Below are positions 1 through 12,317 of a DNA stretch of 64,000 nt, one piece after another. Source of the stretch: Takakia lepidozioides (Eukaryota; Plantae; Bryophyta). Position 1 is the stretch's first letter, and every line of letters starts with the position of its first letter. The stretch lies in contig CM060732.1 of NCBI GenBank assembly GCA_030704615.1, positions 56,544,001 to 56,608,000 on the forward strand, written 5' to 3'. Both the position numbers and the translations under genes were made by a program. The notes beneath the pieces are model-generated. The model searched no databases and was not told where the DNA came from. It was given only the letters and a program-made list of their open reading frames with translations.

Positions 1-1506
1 GCTCGTGCATGGATTGCGACTCAACCCATCTGCATTGCGATTGACCAAACCCGGTCGATGCACCACCTGAAAGTCATACTCTTGAAGGATGAGTGCCCAC
101 CGTGCAAGCTTCCCCGTAAGCTTGTCTGACTCCATCAACCACTTGAGTGGTTGGTGATCCGTGACAAGGGTGAAGAGATTGCCGTATAGATAGCACCTGA
201 AGTGTGCCACGGCCCACACTGCAGCTAAGCATTCTCCCTCATATGAGCTATACTTAGACTCTGCAGCATTGTTCAAGCGGCTAGCATAAGCCACTACGAA
301 CTCTCTTCCCTCATCATCCACCTGTGTGAGCACCGCTCCAAGCCCCAGCATGCTCCAATCTGTATGCAGCTGAAAAGGACGCCCCCTGATAGGTCGTCTC
401 AAGATGGGCGCCGAGGTCAACCTCGCCTTGAGCTCTTGAAAAGCTCATTCTTGCTCATCTTCCCACTGCCACTCCTGGTCCACCTTGGTCAGCTTGGTTA
501 GAGCCTTTGCAATGGCACTAAATCCCTTAACAAACCGTTTGTAATAGTTTGCTAACCCCATGAAAGCTCGAACTCGGCTCACATCCGTGGGGCATGGAAC
601 CTGTGCAATGGACTCTACCTTAGTCTGCTGTACCCCCAATCCTCCAGGATATATCATGTGACCCAGATACTCAATCTGGTTGTGGAAAAACTTGCACTTG
701 CCCGGATGTAACTTCAATCCGTGCGTTCTCAAGCGCTCAAATACCCCCTGAAGGTGTCTCTCATGCTCCTCCACCGTAGCACTAAAGATGATGATGTCAT
801 CTATGTAGCACCGAGCAAACTCCACCCCTGCTAGAATCCTGTCCATGACTCTTTGAAACTCAGCGGGAGCGTTTTTAAGCCCAAATGGTAAGAACCGCCA
901 CTGGTATAAGCAATCCTTCCCGTGCTCATTGATCCCCCAGAATGTCATCTTTTGCTTATCCGCCTCCTTGATCGGCAACTGGTGATATCCGGATCGTAAA
1001 TCCAACGTGCTAAAGACCTTGGAATGCTCAATGGCATCAAAGATCTCCTCTGGTGTCGGCATGGCATACCTATCGGACTTGGTCTGACGATTTACAGGCC
1101 GGTAATCACCGCACATACGTCTCTCCGTCCAATTGCCATAGACATCCTTCTTGGCTGGCATCACTATGGCTGAAGCAAACTCTCCACCAGAGAGCTCCAC
1201 CAAACCTGCCTCCCAGAGATCTTGAGTCCTCATCTGAATCAAAGACCTCTCCATGTCACTATATCTATAGGGTCTCCGAAAGATTGGCGTGTCAGTGGCC
1301 AACTCAATACGGATCTCTTGACCCTTCAGTGCTCCCAAGTCCTTCAAACTGAAGGCAGAGCAATTCTTGTAAGCCCTCAGGAACCGCCGTATACGTCGTC
1401 TCTCTCCTCCGGTGACAATGGGTCCAATGTCAGGCTCCCAATTGTCCTCCGTAACTGCAACCTTAAGTCCAGTGGGCTTAGAGGTAGAGGACGCGTCCCG
1501 TGGTTG
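1..1506 (-). pseudogene. pol: pol RT/RNase H region of copy 1 (premature TGA at 445-447)
   Basis: LDLRSGYHQ, PFGLKNAPAEFQ and YIDD RT motifs. RNase H (LHTDWS..GLGAVL, EGECLAAVWAV, TDHQPL) continues in frame past the stop. Near-identical to 55849-57200. Confidence 0.93.
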
Positions 1507-2493
1507 CTATGCTGCAACCTCTTGAGCAGTACTCCCTTCCTGCTCAGTCAATGACAAGGCCTCATCCTGCCCCATCATCTCATCATTGAGAACCTCCTCA
1601 TCCCGAGAAGAATCCCCAACCTCATCCATCACAGCTGCCTTGGCTGCCAACTCCCTCTGAACCTCGAGCACCTCCCACGTGTGCCATGGATGTCTACACC
1701 CCGTGGTCCTCACCGGCTCGCCCCCACTCACTGCCTGTACCGTCTCGGTAGGCAGAGAGACCGTCAAGGGAAGTGCACTCCGCACTCTACGTTGCTCAGC
1801 CATAGCCAAGCTGATAATCCAGGTCAAGCAATTGAGATCCATTGCTTGCCCCAACACCTGACGACGTGATGCCTCAGAAAGAGAAGGCACCGCCGTGGTC
1901 CCAGTGGAAAATCCCATAGCCCGCTCTCGCTCGTCGGCATTAGGCTCCACTAACTGTTGCAACTGAGCATCCCACAGGAGGCCAGGTCCACCATCCCGAA
2001 AAGCATGGGATCCTAGGAAGCTGAGCAGTGTAGGTAATGCTGCTCGTGGTTGACCCACCCAGTTGACCACTGCCAAAGGCGAACGGTCATCGTGTCTCAC
2101 ACGTTGAGACTGCCTCCCTGTGTCCAAAATGCTGTCCACTATGAGGTGTGTTGGCCGCTGCACCCCATCAAATGCACGCTTGAGCAGTGCGGGTGGCATC
2201 AAGTTAGTCCACCATAGCCGTGGACGATGAGCCCGTGATCCCACTGCAGCTGCATCCAGCAGCACTGCTAACCCAAGCCACGACCGGACTTGATGCACAC
2301 TGGCCATCACCGTGGCCCGAGAATCGCCCATCAGTGGCACATTCCCGCCAAACAAGTCCAGAAGGCAAATGCCTTCATCCGGATACTGCCACACAATAGG
2401 TGTGGTATCCAATGGTGACAACTGAGGTGGTCCTGGTGCAATACCCGCACTCTCCTCCTCTCCTGACGGTACAAAAGCCTCTACCCGGGCTTG
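1507..2493 (-). pseudogene. DNMT3-like cytosine methyltransferase domain with an in-frame 384-bp deletion running from within motif I to motif VI
   Basis: Reads LLDLFGG|NVPLMG, whereas copy 2 has 128 extra codons (54469-54852) including the catalytic GWPCQ. Motifs VIII-X are retained. Confidence 0.9.
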
Positions 2494-3429
2494 TTACACC
2501 CGTCGATCAGCAACCTGCTGCAAATCCTTGCTTGTACCCCACAATGGAGTGTGAGCAACCATGGCAGGCAACTCCGCCATACCATGCATGTCATCCTGCT
2601 CTGCTGGAGGTGGCACATCCTCTGCATGGGCATTGCCTTCCAGCAACTCTCCAGGCCAACTAACTGCAGCTGTAAAGACAGCTAGTGTTGGCATCTTGCC
2701 CCGTTGGGCAGCCGCAATACCCCCAATGAATGTCAAAGGGAGCTGTGCACGACAACCATCCCCTGACTGCCATCCAGGCCTGTAAAATGCTGACTCCTCC
2801 CAAAAGTCTAGGGTGAAGCCCATGGGGTATAACACTGCCCCACCAACAAGGACATCGTAAGAGACCGCGTCTGTCACAATGGCCTTGGCTCGCATTACTG
2901 AGCCATCGATAGGATGATCCGGCTGCAGTCTAATGGCCAACTGATGCCGTGTCATGCCCCAAGCCTGCTCTGATCCTCCCAGAGATGTCTGTATCTGGAA
3001 AGGACAAGGCTCTATATCCGCCTCCATGAGGCCCAAACCTGCAATAGCAGCTCTGCCCAACATCAGTGGCTGAGCTCCCGAGTCCAACAAGACCCGTAGT
3101 GGCCGGTACTTCTTGCCTGCCGGTCCACTCAAAGTAAAAATGCCTCCCTGGTTGTCTAACAAGACAACTCCAGGGGTCACCATGGCGCGCTCAAAGGCTG
3201 GCCTAGCTGGCAGCTCCGTCAACCTGGCAGCTGCAGCTTGCCATGGCGCAGCCGTGGCAGTCTTGACCCTCAAATCCAAGGATCCCTCTGCCACTACACC
3301 TTCCAGTAACTCCGCAGAAGATGAAGTGACCTCCCCACTCTCACAGAGTGTTGCTGCTAGTCTGAACACTGCAGCTGGTTTTACCCCGGCGTCGCCATCA
3401 TGGTTGCCGAGAACAGTGGGGCTTGACAC
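2494..3429 (-). pseudogene. Retroviral-type aspartic protease region of copy 1
   Basis: VLLDSGAQ active-site motif and downstream YDVLVGG. Same frame as the DNMT ORF, separated by one TAA at 2494-2496. Confidence 0.85.
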
Positions 3430-4067
3430 ACAGAGGTGGCTGCCCCCAATAACACACCGGCTGCACTAGCCTTGGCAGCAGGTGTCAGTGCTGCACGTGT
3501 AGCTCTCCCCAATGGCATAGAAACCTCCGCCTCGGTAATAGTCGGGCGAGAACTAGGTGCCATGGATGGCGTCGACACTGTCTCCGCCAATGTGAATGAC
3601 TGAGGAAGCCTCGCCTGACGGCTTGCCTCCCCACCTCGTGGATCCAACTCCACCTCTGCACCTCGTGGCTCAGGAACTCGTGCTGCTCCTCGAGTCACGG
3701 CTGCAGCAGACTCCACCTGCTCAAGTGGTAGTGCTGCTCCGCACATGAATCCCATGCCTCCCATATCTCCTCCCTCAGGCGCTGGAGGTGGACCATCCCG
3801 CCTGGGAGCCGGTACCGCCTGAGCTGTAGCCATGGCAGCGAGCCTCTGCTCTAGCTGCTGAAGCCGGTTGGCCATGCCTTGGTCAACACCCTGACCTCCG
3901 CGTCCGTGGCCATGTTGAGCTTGCCCTTGGCCTGAACCTCGTGCCCGACCACCTCGTCCTCTCTGGGCTGGTCTACCTCGCCCCCGGCCACCTTGTGAAC
4001 CCACTCTCATTGTTACTGCCTGTAGCCGTACTCCCCTCAAAACCCTTGGGTAACTCCGTGATGACAC
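3381..4067 (-). pseudogene. RG-rich gag C-terminal remnant, frameshifted relative to the protease
   Basis: GGRGRGR repeats immediately upstream of the protease. No intact zinc knuckle seen. Confidence 0.5.
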
Positions 4068-4613
4068 TCACAATGTGCACCTCCCCCACGTGACACTATA
4101 GGGCTCTAGTACTAATTCTAATAGTGACACGGGTGGGCACCTGTTGCAGTTTAAGGGTCATATCCCAATGGCTCAGGGCACCTGCATCTGCATCCACCGC
4201 AAGAACTCCTATGGTTGGCTGGTCATCAACCCAGCCTCACCATAGAAGAAACACTGGTGGTCTTGCTGGTCATCACTCCAGCCTCACCACCGACAGCATA
4301 CTCTAGGATTGACCGGTGATCAAATCCGGCCTAATCCCTATGAAAGCAAGCGCCCACACAAAACCAACATGGCGCACAGTCAAGCATGCAGGTGTTGGGG
4401 GGGGCGGATCCAAACACAAGAAATCAAAACATCAACACCCCCACACCAAAATCCAACTGCAATGCTGATCCTGCAGAATATCCCAGCCCAAAACCCCGGA
4501 CTGACTGGCCTCCACCAAGAGAGGCTTTGGCAACTACGAGTACAAGGTAATGAAAATAGTACAGAGATGGAGGGGAAGAATAGAAGCCCGCCCAAGCAAG
4601 ATCTAATCCTGAT

Positions 4614-5348
4614 CTATGCTATCAACTTCCAGACTTCTCTCAAAGTGCCTCGCTCTGCATGATGGTAAGGTGTAGGAGGTATATCTATGTCCAGAAACCT
4701 GCCACTAACAGTAGCTCGCTCTAACCAACCCTCCTCCTCTTTCTGCCAGGTAGAGACAAAGCAACACTCTGCTATCTCCCGCTCACTGAACACTAAAGAA
4801 AACAAAGGTAGGGTCTGATAGTCTCTCAACTCGAAAGCTTTGAGACGGTTGCGGGTGTTCTCATTGCGAATGACTGCATCTCCTTCAAACAGAACAAACT
4901 TGTCCTCGCTAATGAACCCCCGCTCGTGGTTGCCTTGTGCAGAGCGTGTCCGGCTGCAACGCTGTCTGATTGCACAAACTTGTGTAGCTCCTGCTCCTCT
5001 GCTCCAATACACCACAGCCTTGTGGCTGAACACCTTGGTCCCCGGGGCTGTCTTTGGCTGTGTTCCAAGCCTAGCTTTCACCGACTTGGGTATTTCACTT
5101 ACAGCTGCAGAACTGCTGGCTCCAACAGAGTTCTGACTGTCCAAAGCGATATCGAGGCCCTCAACGCCAACTACAGCAGTCTGTTGTCTACTGCTAATGC
5201 CTGACTCCCAGTATGCAATCAACTCGTCCAACTGTTCTCCACTCAAATCAGTCTGAGTTCCTTGGGAAACATAAATCCTGTCCCCTTGTGTGCACAGGCT
5301 AAGAGAAGAGACCTGCCCTTCAATTACGTCCTCATTTCCCCCAGCCAT
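4614..5348 (-). CDS. Hypothetical 244-aa protein, probably TE-derived
   Basis: ATG-started open frame with no motif I recognise. Confidence 0.3.
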   Translation of the reverse strand: MAGGNEDVIEGQVSSLSLCTQGDRIYVSQGTQTDLSGEQLDELIAYWESGISSRQQTAVVGVEGLDIALDSQNSVGASSSAAVSEIPKSVKARLGTQPKTAPGTKVFSHKAVVYWSRGAGATQVCAIRQRCSRTRSAQGNHERGFISEDKFVLFEGDAVIRNENTRNRLKAFELRDYQTLPLFSLVFSEREIAECCFVSTWQKEEEGWLERATVSGRFLDIDIPPTPYHHAERGTLREVWKLIA

Positions 5349-5792
5349 ACAAGAAGGACATCCACAGATTTGTCTCTCAAATAGACCAGAATTGGTTCTA
5401 GAAACAGAATTGTGGATCTTTCACAACACACTCACACTCTAAAAATTCCATAGATTTTTAGCAGAGTCCCAAAAAACAGAAACCCCTCCCCAGATTTCCC
5501 CTTTCTGCAGCTATCCCCTCAAAAACTGAGTCAAACGGAGCTCATTTGACAAAGATATGACCAACCAGGCTCTTTAAACATTTAAATTAGATCAAAAAGG
5601 CCTTTTTTTTTTTTTAAACACCAAAACGTTCTCGCCATTACAACCTGTTCCCAGGTTATCTACGGGTTCCCGAGGCCATTCCCACATATATACCCCTCCC
5701 CGCTCCCCTGCGTTTGTACTTACTGCTTCTGCTCGCCTGTATTACTGCTCTCCCGCTCCTCTGTGTTCGTGCTCCCCTACTGCTTCCGCCCC

Positions 5793-5918
5793 CCCGTAAA
5801 AGTTGCCTTGCTTGATTGCATCATCATTTGCATCACCCAAGGCAGCCTGAGACAGGTACTTTGCAGCGAGTTGGACATGCTTCACATTCTCCTGCTCTTG
5901 CACCAGCATGTGTCCATA
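5793..5918 (-). pseudogene. RCA: Captured Rubisco activase C-terminal fragment
   Basis: [42 protein letters not shown] matches the characteristic RCA C-terminus. Confidence 0.88.
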
Positions 5919-6747
5919 AGAAGGAAGCACTGAAGGCCCTGAAGAGTGCATCAAATAGTTGGCCCAATGCAGTGGGGGATGCAGGGGGCATAGTGGAGTT
6001 TTCCGCCCTCATTCTGCAAGTGGATCCTCAGCCTCCACATGCCCTTTTGGAAGCAGCAGCACCGGTGCTTTCCAATGTGCTCCGTTTCAGCTCACAGTAT
6101 TATCTCAAAATACCAGTTGCGGTGCTTGTGAAGTTGCTGCGCCCAACCTGTGAGGCAACAGTGGTGGTGGCACTGAGTGCACTGCTAGTTCTGGAGAGGG
6201 ATAATGCATCTAGTGCTGAAGGCATGGCTGAGACAGGTGCAGTGGAGGCACTGTTGGAGCTACTACGGTGCCATCAGTGCGAGGAAACTGCGGCACGCCT
6301 TGTGGAGGCCTTGTTCAACAACGTCAAAGTTCGTGACATGAAGGTAGCCAAACTTGCCATTGCACCTTTGTCACAGTACTTGCTCAACCCACAGACACAA
6401 ATGCAGCCAGCAAGGCTGTTGGCAGCATTGGCATTAGGGGATCTGTTTCAGCATCAGGGCCTGTCTCGCAGTAGTGATGCAGTGTTAGCCTGCCGTGCTT
6501 TGGTGAGCTTGTTGGAGGATCAACCAAAATGAAGATGGTGGCCGTGTGCGCACTGCAGAACTTGGTGTGCAACAGCCGGTCCAACAAGCGTGCAGTGGCT
6601 GAGGCTGGTGGTATTCAAGTGGTACAAGAGCTCCTGGCCTCAAGCAATTCGGAAACTGTAGGGCAAGCTGCTACATTGATCAAGCTTGTCTTTTCAAACC
6701 ATACCATTCAAGAGTATGCCTCGAGTGAAATTATTCGGGCTCTATCG
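5919..6747 (+). pseudogene. CSI1: Captured fragment of CELLULOSE SYNTHASE INTERACTIVE 1 (ARM repeats), frameshifted near 6527
   Basis: [72 protein letters not shown] and [13 protein letters not shown] are CSI1/POM2-family sequences. Confidence 0.92.
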
Positions 6748-6899
6748 ATTTCATCTTTGGCAATGGCCGCTCCCTATACAGAGGATGCAAGCTGCACGCA
6801 GTGGCGGATACCTTCGGTTCATTGACTACACAGAAGAAGAACGAATCTCGCATGGACACTGGTTTTTCTTTCGTGGATTGCTCTGTTTTTGGAACTGGC
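6738..6899 (+). pseudogene. Captured pectin methylesterase fragment
   Basis: A frame absent from the ORF track reads [54 protein letters not shown], containing the PME catalytic DFIFG motif and TGFSFV.C. Confidence 0.88.
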
Positions 6900-7019
6900 C
6901 TAGAGCACTTGTTTTGAAGAACCCATGCACTCCACCAGCCTGCGTAATGCCTCACGATGTGCGCTCATATCTTTGCTACCAAATCCTTCACCTTCTTCTC
7001 CCTTTCTGAAGGCCTCCTG

Positions 7020-7338
7020 TGCCTCTTGAAACAGCGTCTTGGACGTTGCTGGCAGCTTCACTTGCCTTCTCCTGAATGGTTTGCGCAGCGTCTGATATGG
7101 TGGAATGGAAATCCTTGCTAGCAGAGTCGGTGGAGTTCTTGGCCTTACCAACGTTACTCTCAGCACCCTTCTTGGCATCGGATGTGGAGCCAAGGACAAC
7201 TTCTTTCAGATTCTCAGCCTGCTGTCGGATAGTCGAGCCAAGATTCTCTACCTGGTTGGTACCATCCTTCAGCTTTCTCTTGTTGGTGCGGGCAGCAGAA
7301 TCAGCTCGATTCTTCAGGTCAGCTGATGCCTTCCCTGC
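7020..7338 (-). pseudogene. Captured LEA-like hydrophilic protein fragment
   Basis: Open frame AGKASADLKNRADSAART...SDAAQTIQEKASEAASNVQDAV has A/K/E/S/T-rich LEA-like composition. Composition evidence only. Confidence 0.45.
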
Positions 7339-7911
7339 CTACGGCGGTGCACGGCTCTCATCCAGCCAAGCAGTCAGCAGCGCAGCCTACACACCCCACT
7401 CTTAGATATAACCACAGGTTGACAAAAATCGCAGCAGCATCTCAAGCCTCCTGTTCTGATCCCTGTGACCAAGCTATATTACAATAGTGCTTAACAAAAA
7501 CAAAAACATCATATCTAGCTTAGCACTGGAAAACTAGATAGAAGCATCTCTCTCGAGTGATAAGAAAGCTAAAGGACACACACTCTTAACACAAGAAACA
7601 TGAAATCCATCGCTATCACTCGTTAAGATAATAGTCAAGCCAGGGGCACCCCAAGCTATGGGGACTCCACCCCACAACAACCTATACTCCCATCATAAGC
7701 ACACTCAGTCCTAAACGATGCAGGAGCTCGGTCGCGCAGGCTCAACTCGAGAGAGATGAGCCACGCGACTGCCGCTCTCGTGAAGATAAGGCCGTTCAGG
7801 TGTCAAACTAAACTTGACACCTGATTTAACACTTGACCTAAATCCAAGTGTTAAATACAAATAACTAGCTTTATTCTAGTTGTTTTCACATTGTGCTTAT
7901 TTAACTTGACA

Positions 7912-9119
7912 CGTATTTTTGCACTATGTCACAGGGGGGTATTGAAAAAGCGGCATGAGCATTGGATACGAGCTTCCGAGTGTGCAGTCTTTGTTGAGGG
8001 TGGCATGTTGTCCTTTCACCCCAATCTGCTAACTGGCCGGGACCTGTTATAATTAGCGCACTATTGTGTGTTCTGGTCCCTAAGCTATCTTGCACTGGTA
8101 GTAGAGGATATGGTGCTTCTTTTAGGCTCTGTGCATGGCATTAGTACAGTGATCATAGTAGAGTGGTATTAGCATGTACTGATTTCCTTTGAGCTTTTGA
8201 TCATAGGAGCGAGTAACAATTCTGAACATTGATGGTATAAATATAATATTGCATACGAGTTACAAATAGCTTTGACAGCAGAGAGTGCAATGATATTTCC
8301 AGGCTTTGAGCCGGGCAGTACTGTAGTGTCACATTAAGTTTTTGGTTATAGCAGCGAGTGGCAATGGTGAGCTTCGATGGTGTGTGGATATGTAACTGCA
8401 TTCGGGTTTTGACAAGTATCCTTGACAGCGTTGCGTCTTTTTGCACATATGGGGACATTTTCCAATCTGCGTTTTGAGCAACCTAAACCTGCAGAGAAGG
8501 TGGGTGCTCTGACTGTATCCAAGGTGCACGTATGGTGGGTGCGTTCATTGGTCCTTATTTGTACGGTGTGTTTGCTACTTTGGTGCAAGACATTCTTGTT
8601 GTGCAGATCTCTTACTGTGGCTGTTTTTTGCTGCACTTGTACCAGGGCATTGTCTCTATGAGGGGCATCAACCAAGCATTGTTGTGGGCTTTGGGGACAG
8701 AGAAGCCAGCCTCTGTGGGGAGGGTTAGTGGGGGTTGCAGCAGACCCAGTTGGAGTAGGATTGTAGTACAGTTTAGGATTGCAGTACAGTTTAGGATTGC
8801 AGATTGCAGCAGATGAGCAGACACTATAGGACCTGTTGGCAGCATCTACGCCACAGTGTGATGTAAAAAGGGCATTACATAGCATAAGAAAAAGAGATAT
8901 TGCATTGTATCTCTCATACAGTCTAGTTCAGTGATATAATCTGAGTCTGCTTTTGGTGGCAGCTACGTTGAGTCTGTCTTGGCTGTTGAATATGCTATCC
9001 ATGTGCCTACTCATTGGCGGTTTGCATGTGTATGTCCACTGTTGTTGTGCGCTCCATGTGATCAGCCCCCGTGGGTGCCGGTGTCTGGGGCTGCTTCCCT
9101 GTCATGGTGAGGGAGAGTA
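7912..9119 (-). mobile_element. Segment of an unclassified long-ORF element (host of the CACTA, chromovirus and DNMT copy 1)
   Basis: Rejoins 41333 once the CACTA is removed. Encodes the same degenerate peptide repeat (KLTIATRCYNQKL..YCPAQ) as 49300-50050. Confidence 0.45.
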
Positions 9120-10455
9120 CACTAGAAGAGAAACCGGCTTTTTCCACGATTTTTTCCACACTTTTTGCTGTGGAATCAGCCACAGTCCACACCTGCCGTG
9201 GGTGTAAGGAACGACTAGTGCTTTCGGACACCCCGTGGACGGCCTGGCTCTCGGGTGGCCCCGGGGAAAAGTCCACGGGTGACTTTTTCCACGGGAGGCT
9301 TTTTCCATGGGTGGGCTTTTTTCACGGGGTGCATGGTGACATGACCGCTGACATAGCTGACATGGCAAAGTGTGAAAAAGGCCAGTGTGGCATGTTTCAC
9401 GGCGGATTTCACACCTTGAACAAGCCACTATGTGACACGTGTCATATTTCACACCTTCGACAAGTCACTATGCAACACGTGTTCGTTCATGTGTGGTGGT
9501 ACACATTAATTAATTATTATTTGTTTTCCAATATTAAGTTTGAATATTAATGGATTTAATTTATTGTTATTATTATTATAGAAAAAATGGACAGTGGCCT
9601 GGATGAGAACATTATTAAATAACAAAATATTGAAATTATGTTTTTAGAAATTATATTTATTCGCTCAGATACCAAAACACACCCTTTGCAGGGAAGGAGA
9701 GTTTGCCTTAGTGTCTATGCTGAGTTGCGTCTCCTACTCTATGTAATCTAATAGACATTCACCTTTTTCCCTCGGTTGTCCCACCCTTGACTGCGGTCAG
9801 AAAAGCATTCATTCCACAGCTTCTCCTCATCTCTGTTACATGTTTCTAGATACTTTCCTATTGTCACTTTGGCAGTATCATGTCAAAATCACTCCAAACT
9901 ATGTACCATCTACCCATGCAGGTTTCTTGTAGCTAACCCTCCACAGGGAATCATAAGTAATCTGGAGCTTGAAATCTGGCCCTCTTGGATGACACTCTAT
10001 CCCTGCTCCTTCAGCTATCCATGCCTCTGCACAAATCATGCATACATCCTTGCATTGCTGTTAGCAGCTGACAATGGCAGCCTAGATTTGTTCCAGCAAA
10101 CACCCAACTCAACTTATCACACTAGTTCCTATTCTCAATTGCATCTATCACTTTGTAATCCAAAGGCATTTACCTTCCAAGACAATTGTCCCAACATTGA
10201 CTGGGGTCAGAAAAGTATTCATTCCACAACTTCTCCTCTCTGTTACCTATTTCTGGATACTTTCCTATTGTCACTTTGGCAGTATTATGTCAAAGTCACT
10301 CCAAACTATCAAAGGTTCACTCAACCACCTAACTTGCAGAAAATTCTTAAAACATGAAAATTTAGGGCGATTCTGATAAGAGGGGAAAACAGAGTGAAAT
10401 GGGTTGAAGAAGGTGCCTTGCATTGTCTGATTTTATCAATTGTGCCGCTGCTGCT

Positions 10456-11417
10456 TGTTAGAGGGCTGCTTGAAACTTAGACGCTTTTACGGGATCTGTG
10501 GGGTACCCTTAATTTTTACACAGACTGAGACCAACAGGAGCCTTAGGGGAGACAACAACAAGCTTTAGTGGGGGAGATACACAGCCCGACACAGCCCGTC
10601 ACAGTCCAACCCAGCCAGTCACAGCCAACACAACCGTCACAGCTTCGCACAGCCGACACAGCCCAACACAGCCAGTCACAGCCCGACACAGCCGCCACAG
10701 CTTTGCACAGCCCTATATAGCCCGACACAGCCAGTCACAGCCCGCCACAGCCTGATACAGCCAGTCACAGCTCGGCACAGCTGGGGAACAGTTATCATTG
10801 GCAGAGAACGACTGTGGGGGAACGACATCTGAAAAAGGAACGTGTACTACAGGGATGACGGTTAGTTAGGAAAGCGGTTAGAACAGCTCGTAGGTAGATA
10901 AAGCGAGGAGCGGGGACGTTGGGGGATCACTTCTTGGTGGGGGACTTCTGGCATCACGGCTTGGGGAAAGAGAGGGAGAGCACATCACTGTGGGGAAAGA
11001 TGAAGAGCACGGAGGAGGAGAAGTGACGATCTGTTGTTACTTGATGAATGCAAGCTGTAGAATTGTAATGTAGAGTAGATTAGAGACACCATGGCTTCAG
11101 CCTGATACTTGATAGATATTAATCTGATACATACTTCATACTCACACTGTGTAGAGAGACCTGAGTGAAGCTGTGGAATGAGTGGATGGAACTTGATAGA
11201 TTTCTGAAGCAAACTGATACTTAATTGCAGACAGTAAGGTAACTCGCTAACATGAATGCGGGAAGGAGTACGAATAGGAAACACCCCCATGATACACTAG
11301 CTGTAGGTCATGACTGATTGTTCTGAGCAAGCTGAGTGCTTAGAGATTTCCAACTCTTCTATCTTGGAGTTCCCACCTCGGATAGCGAAGGGATGGGTGA
11401 GGAAAAGCCGCTCGACA
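10456..11417 (+). repeat. 5' LTR of copy A
   Basis: Direct repeat of 36663-37606 with TG...CA ends. Confidence 0.93.
10579..10781 (+). repeat. ~10-bp ACAGCCnnnC minisatellite inside the LTR (also 13545-13712 on the minus strand and 36767-36968)
   Basis: Tandem acagcccgac/acagccagtc units. Confidence 0.85.
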
Positions 11418-12005
11418 TTTGGCGACCATACTAGGGAGCTGGGTCATGAACAACCAGATGTGACAGGCATCTGGTGGGATCATGGAGGTAGGAGAATTAA
11501 AGATTTTGATGTGAATCAAATTCCCTGTGAAACTGAGAAGGAAAGATTGCCCAAACGATTCTTTCAGAGGTTCTTGGAATTGCCAGACGGTTGTAAAGAA
11601 AACATTCTTAAGAGAGTGCATGATGCTGACCCTGAGTGGGGTCTGGAGAAAGGAGTGATAAAGATTTATCAGGTGGCCTGTAGAGGAAGAGCACGTTGGT
11701 TACCAACACTAGTTTATGTGATAGCATTGCTATCCATTAAGCGAGTAGAGTTTGAAGGCTGGGAGGAAAGGAAGGTGAATGTTTATACTCATATGCATGA
11801 AGAACTTGTACTGGTAAAGAATTGGATTCCAAAGGATATTTTGTGGATCAAACTCACACCAAAAACAGCTTTCCAAACTTGTTTGCCATATGGTTATATG
11901 GTAACGGAGACTTCTAGTATAGCCAAGGGTGCATTGAAGCTTGAAAGAAACCCAGGCATGTACGAGAGATACTACAGAAGAGAGTTTTGGTTACTGCCAC
12001 ATTAA
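11418..12005 (+). CDS. Extra ORF upstream of gag, function unknown
   Basis: Open frame between PBS and gag; the ORF track starts it inside the LTR at 11310. Confidence 0.4.
   Translation, partial: FGDHTRELGHEQPDVTGIWWDHGGRRIKDFDVNQIPCETEKERLPKRFFQRFLELPDGCKENILKRVHDADPEWGLEKGVIKIYQVACRGRARWLPTLVYVIALLSIKRVEFEGWEERKVNVYTHMHEELVLVKNWIPKDILWIKLTPKTAFQTCLPYGYMVTETSSIAKGALKLERNPGMYERYYRREFWLLPH
11420..11437 (+). promoter_or_regulatory. Primer binding site, tRNA-Arg-like
   Basis: TGGCGACCATACTAGGGA 2 nt after the LTR end. Confidence 0.7.
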
Positions 12006-12317
12006 AGAAATGAAAGACATGGGACATGAGTGATGAAAGAGAAGCTAGACTCCAGAGATATTCAACAAAAAGAGAAAGTTATCTGAAAGCTAATTATCCA
12101 TATCTTTGGGAGAGAGGAATAGACATAGGGGAATGATCTGGACCTCTCACACCATTAAGATCAGAGAGTACATCACCCATACCGGAAGAACTAGAGTTGG
12201 ATGCCACTCCTTCATTTTCTTTGCAAGGAAGATTAAGGGAATTGGTACGGGAAGAAGATCAACCACGAGGTGAAAGATCTGAGGTACATCCTTGGATAAA
12301 AGATTTGACAGAAATCT

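Larger units (their letters stand above)
1..7911 (-). mobile_element. DNMT-carrying Ty3/Gypsy-like element, copy 1 (defective; 3' part runs off the window)
   Basis: The 5' terminus TGTCAAGTTAAATAAGCAC at 7911 and ~370 bp after it match 53658-54025 of copy 2. Internal order is gag remnant, protease, DNMT, RT, RNase H, collinear with copy 2. Grouping 4070-7440 inside the element is inferred from orientation and order. Confidence 0.8.

Noticed and set aside
4090-5700. Solo LTR nested in DNMT copy 1
   Set aside because: TG/CA and PPT-like candidates exist, but no matching TSD could be found.
5816-6825. Functional host CSI1 gene
   Set aside because: Only an internal ~275-codon piece of a >2000-aa protein, frameshifted and fused to unrelated fragments.
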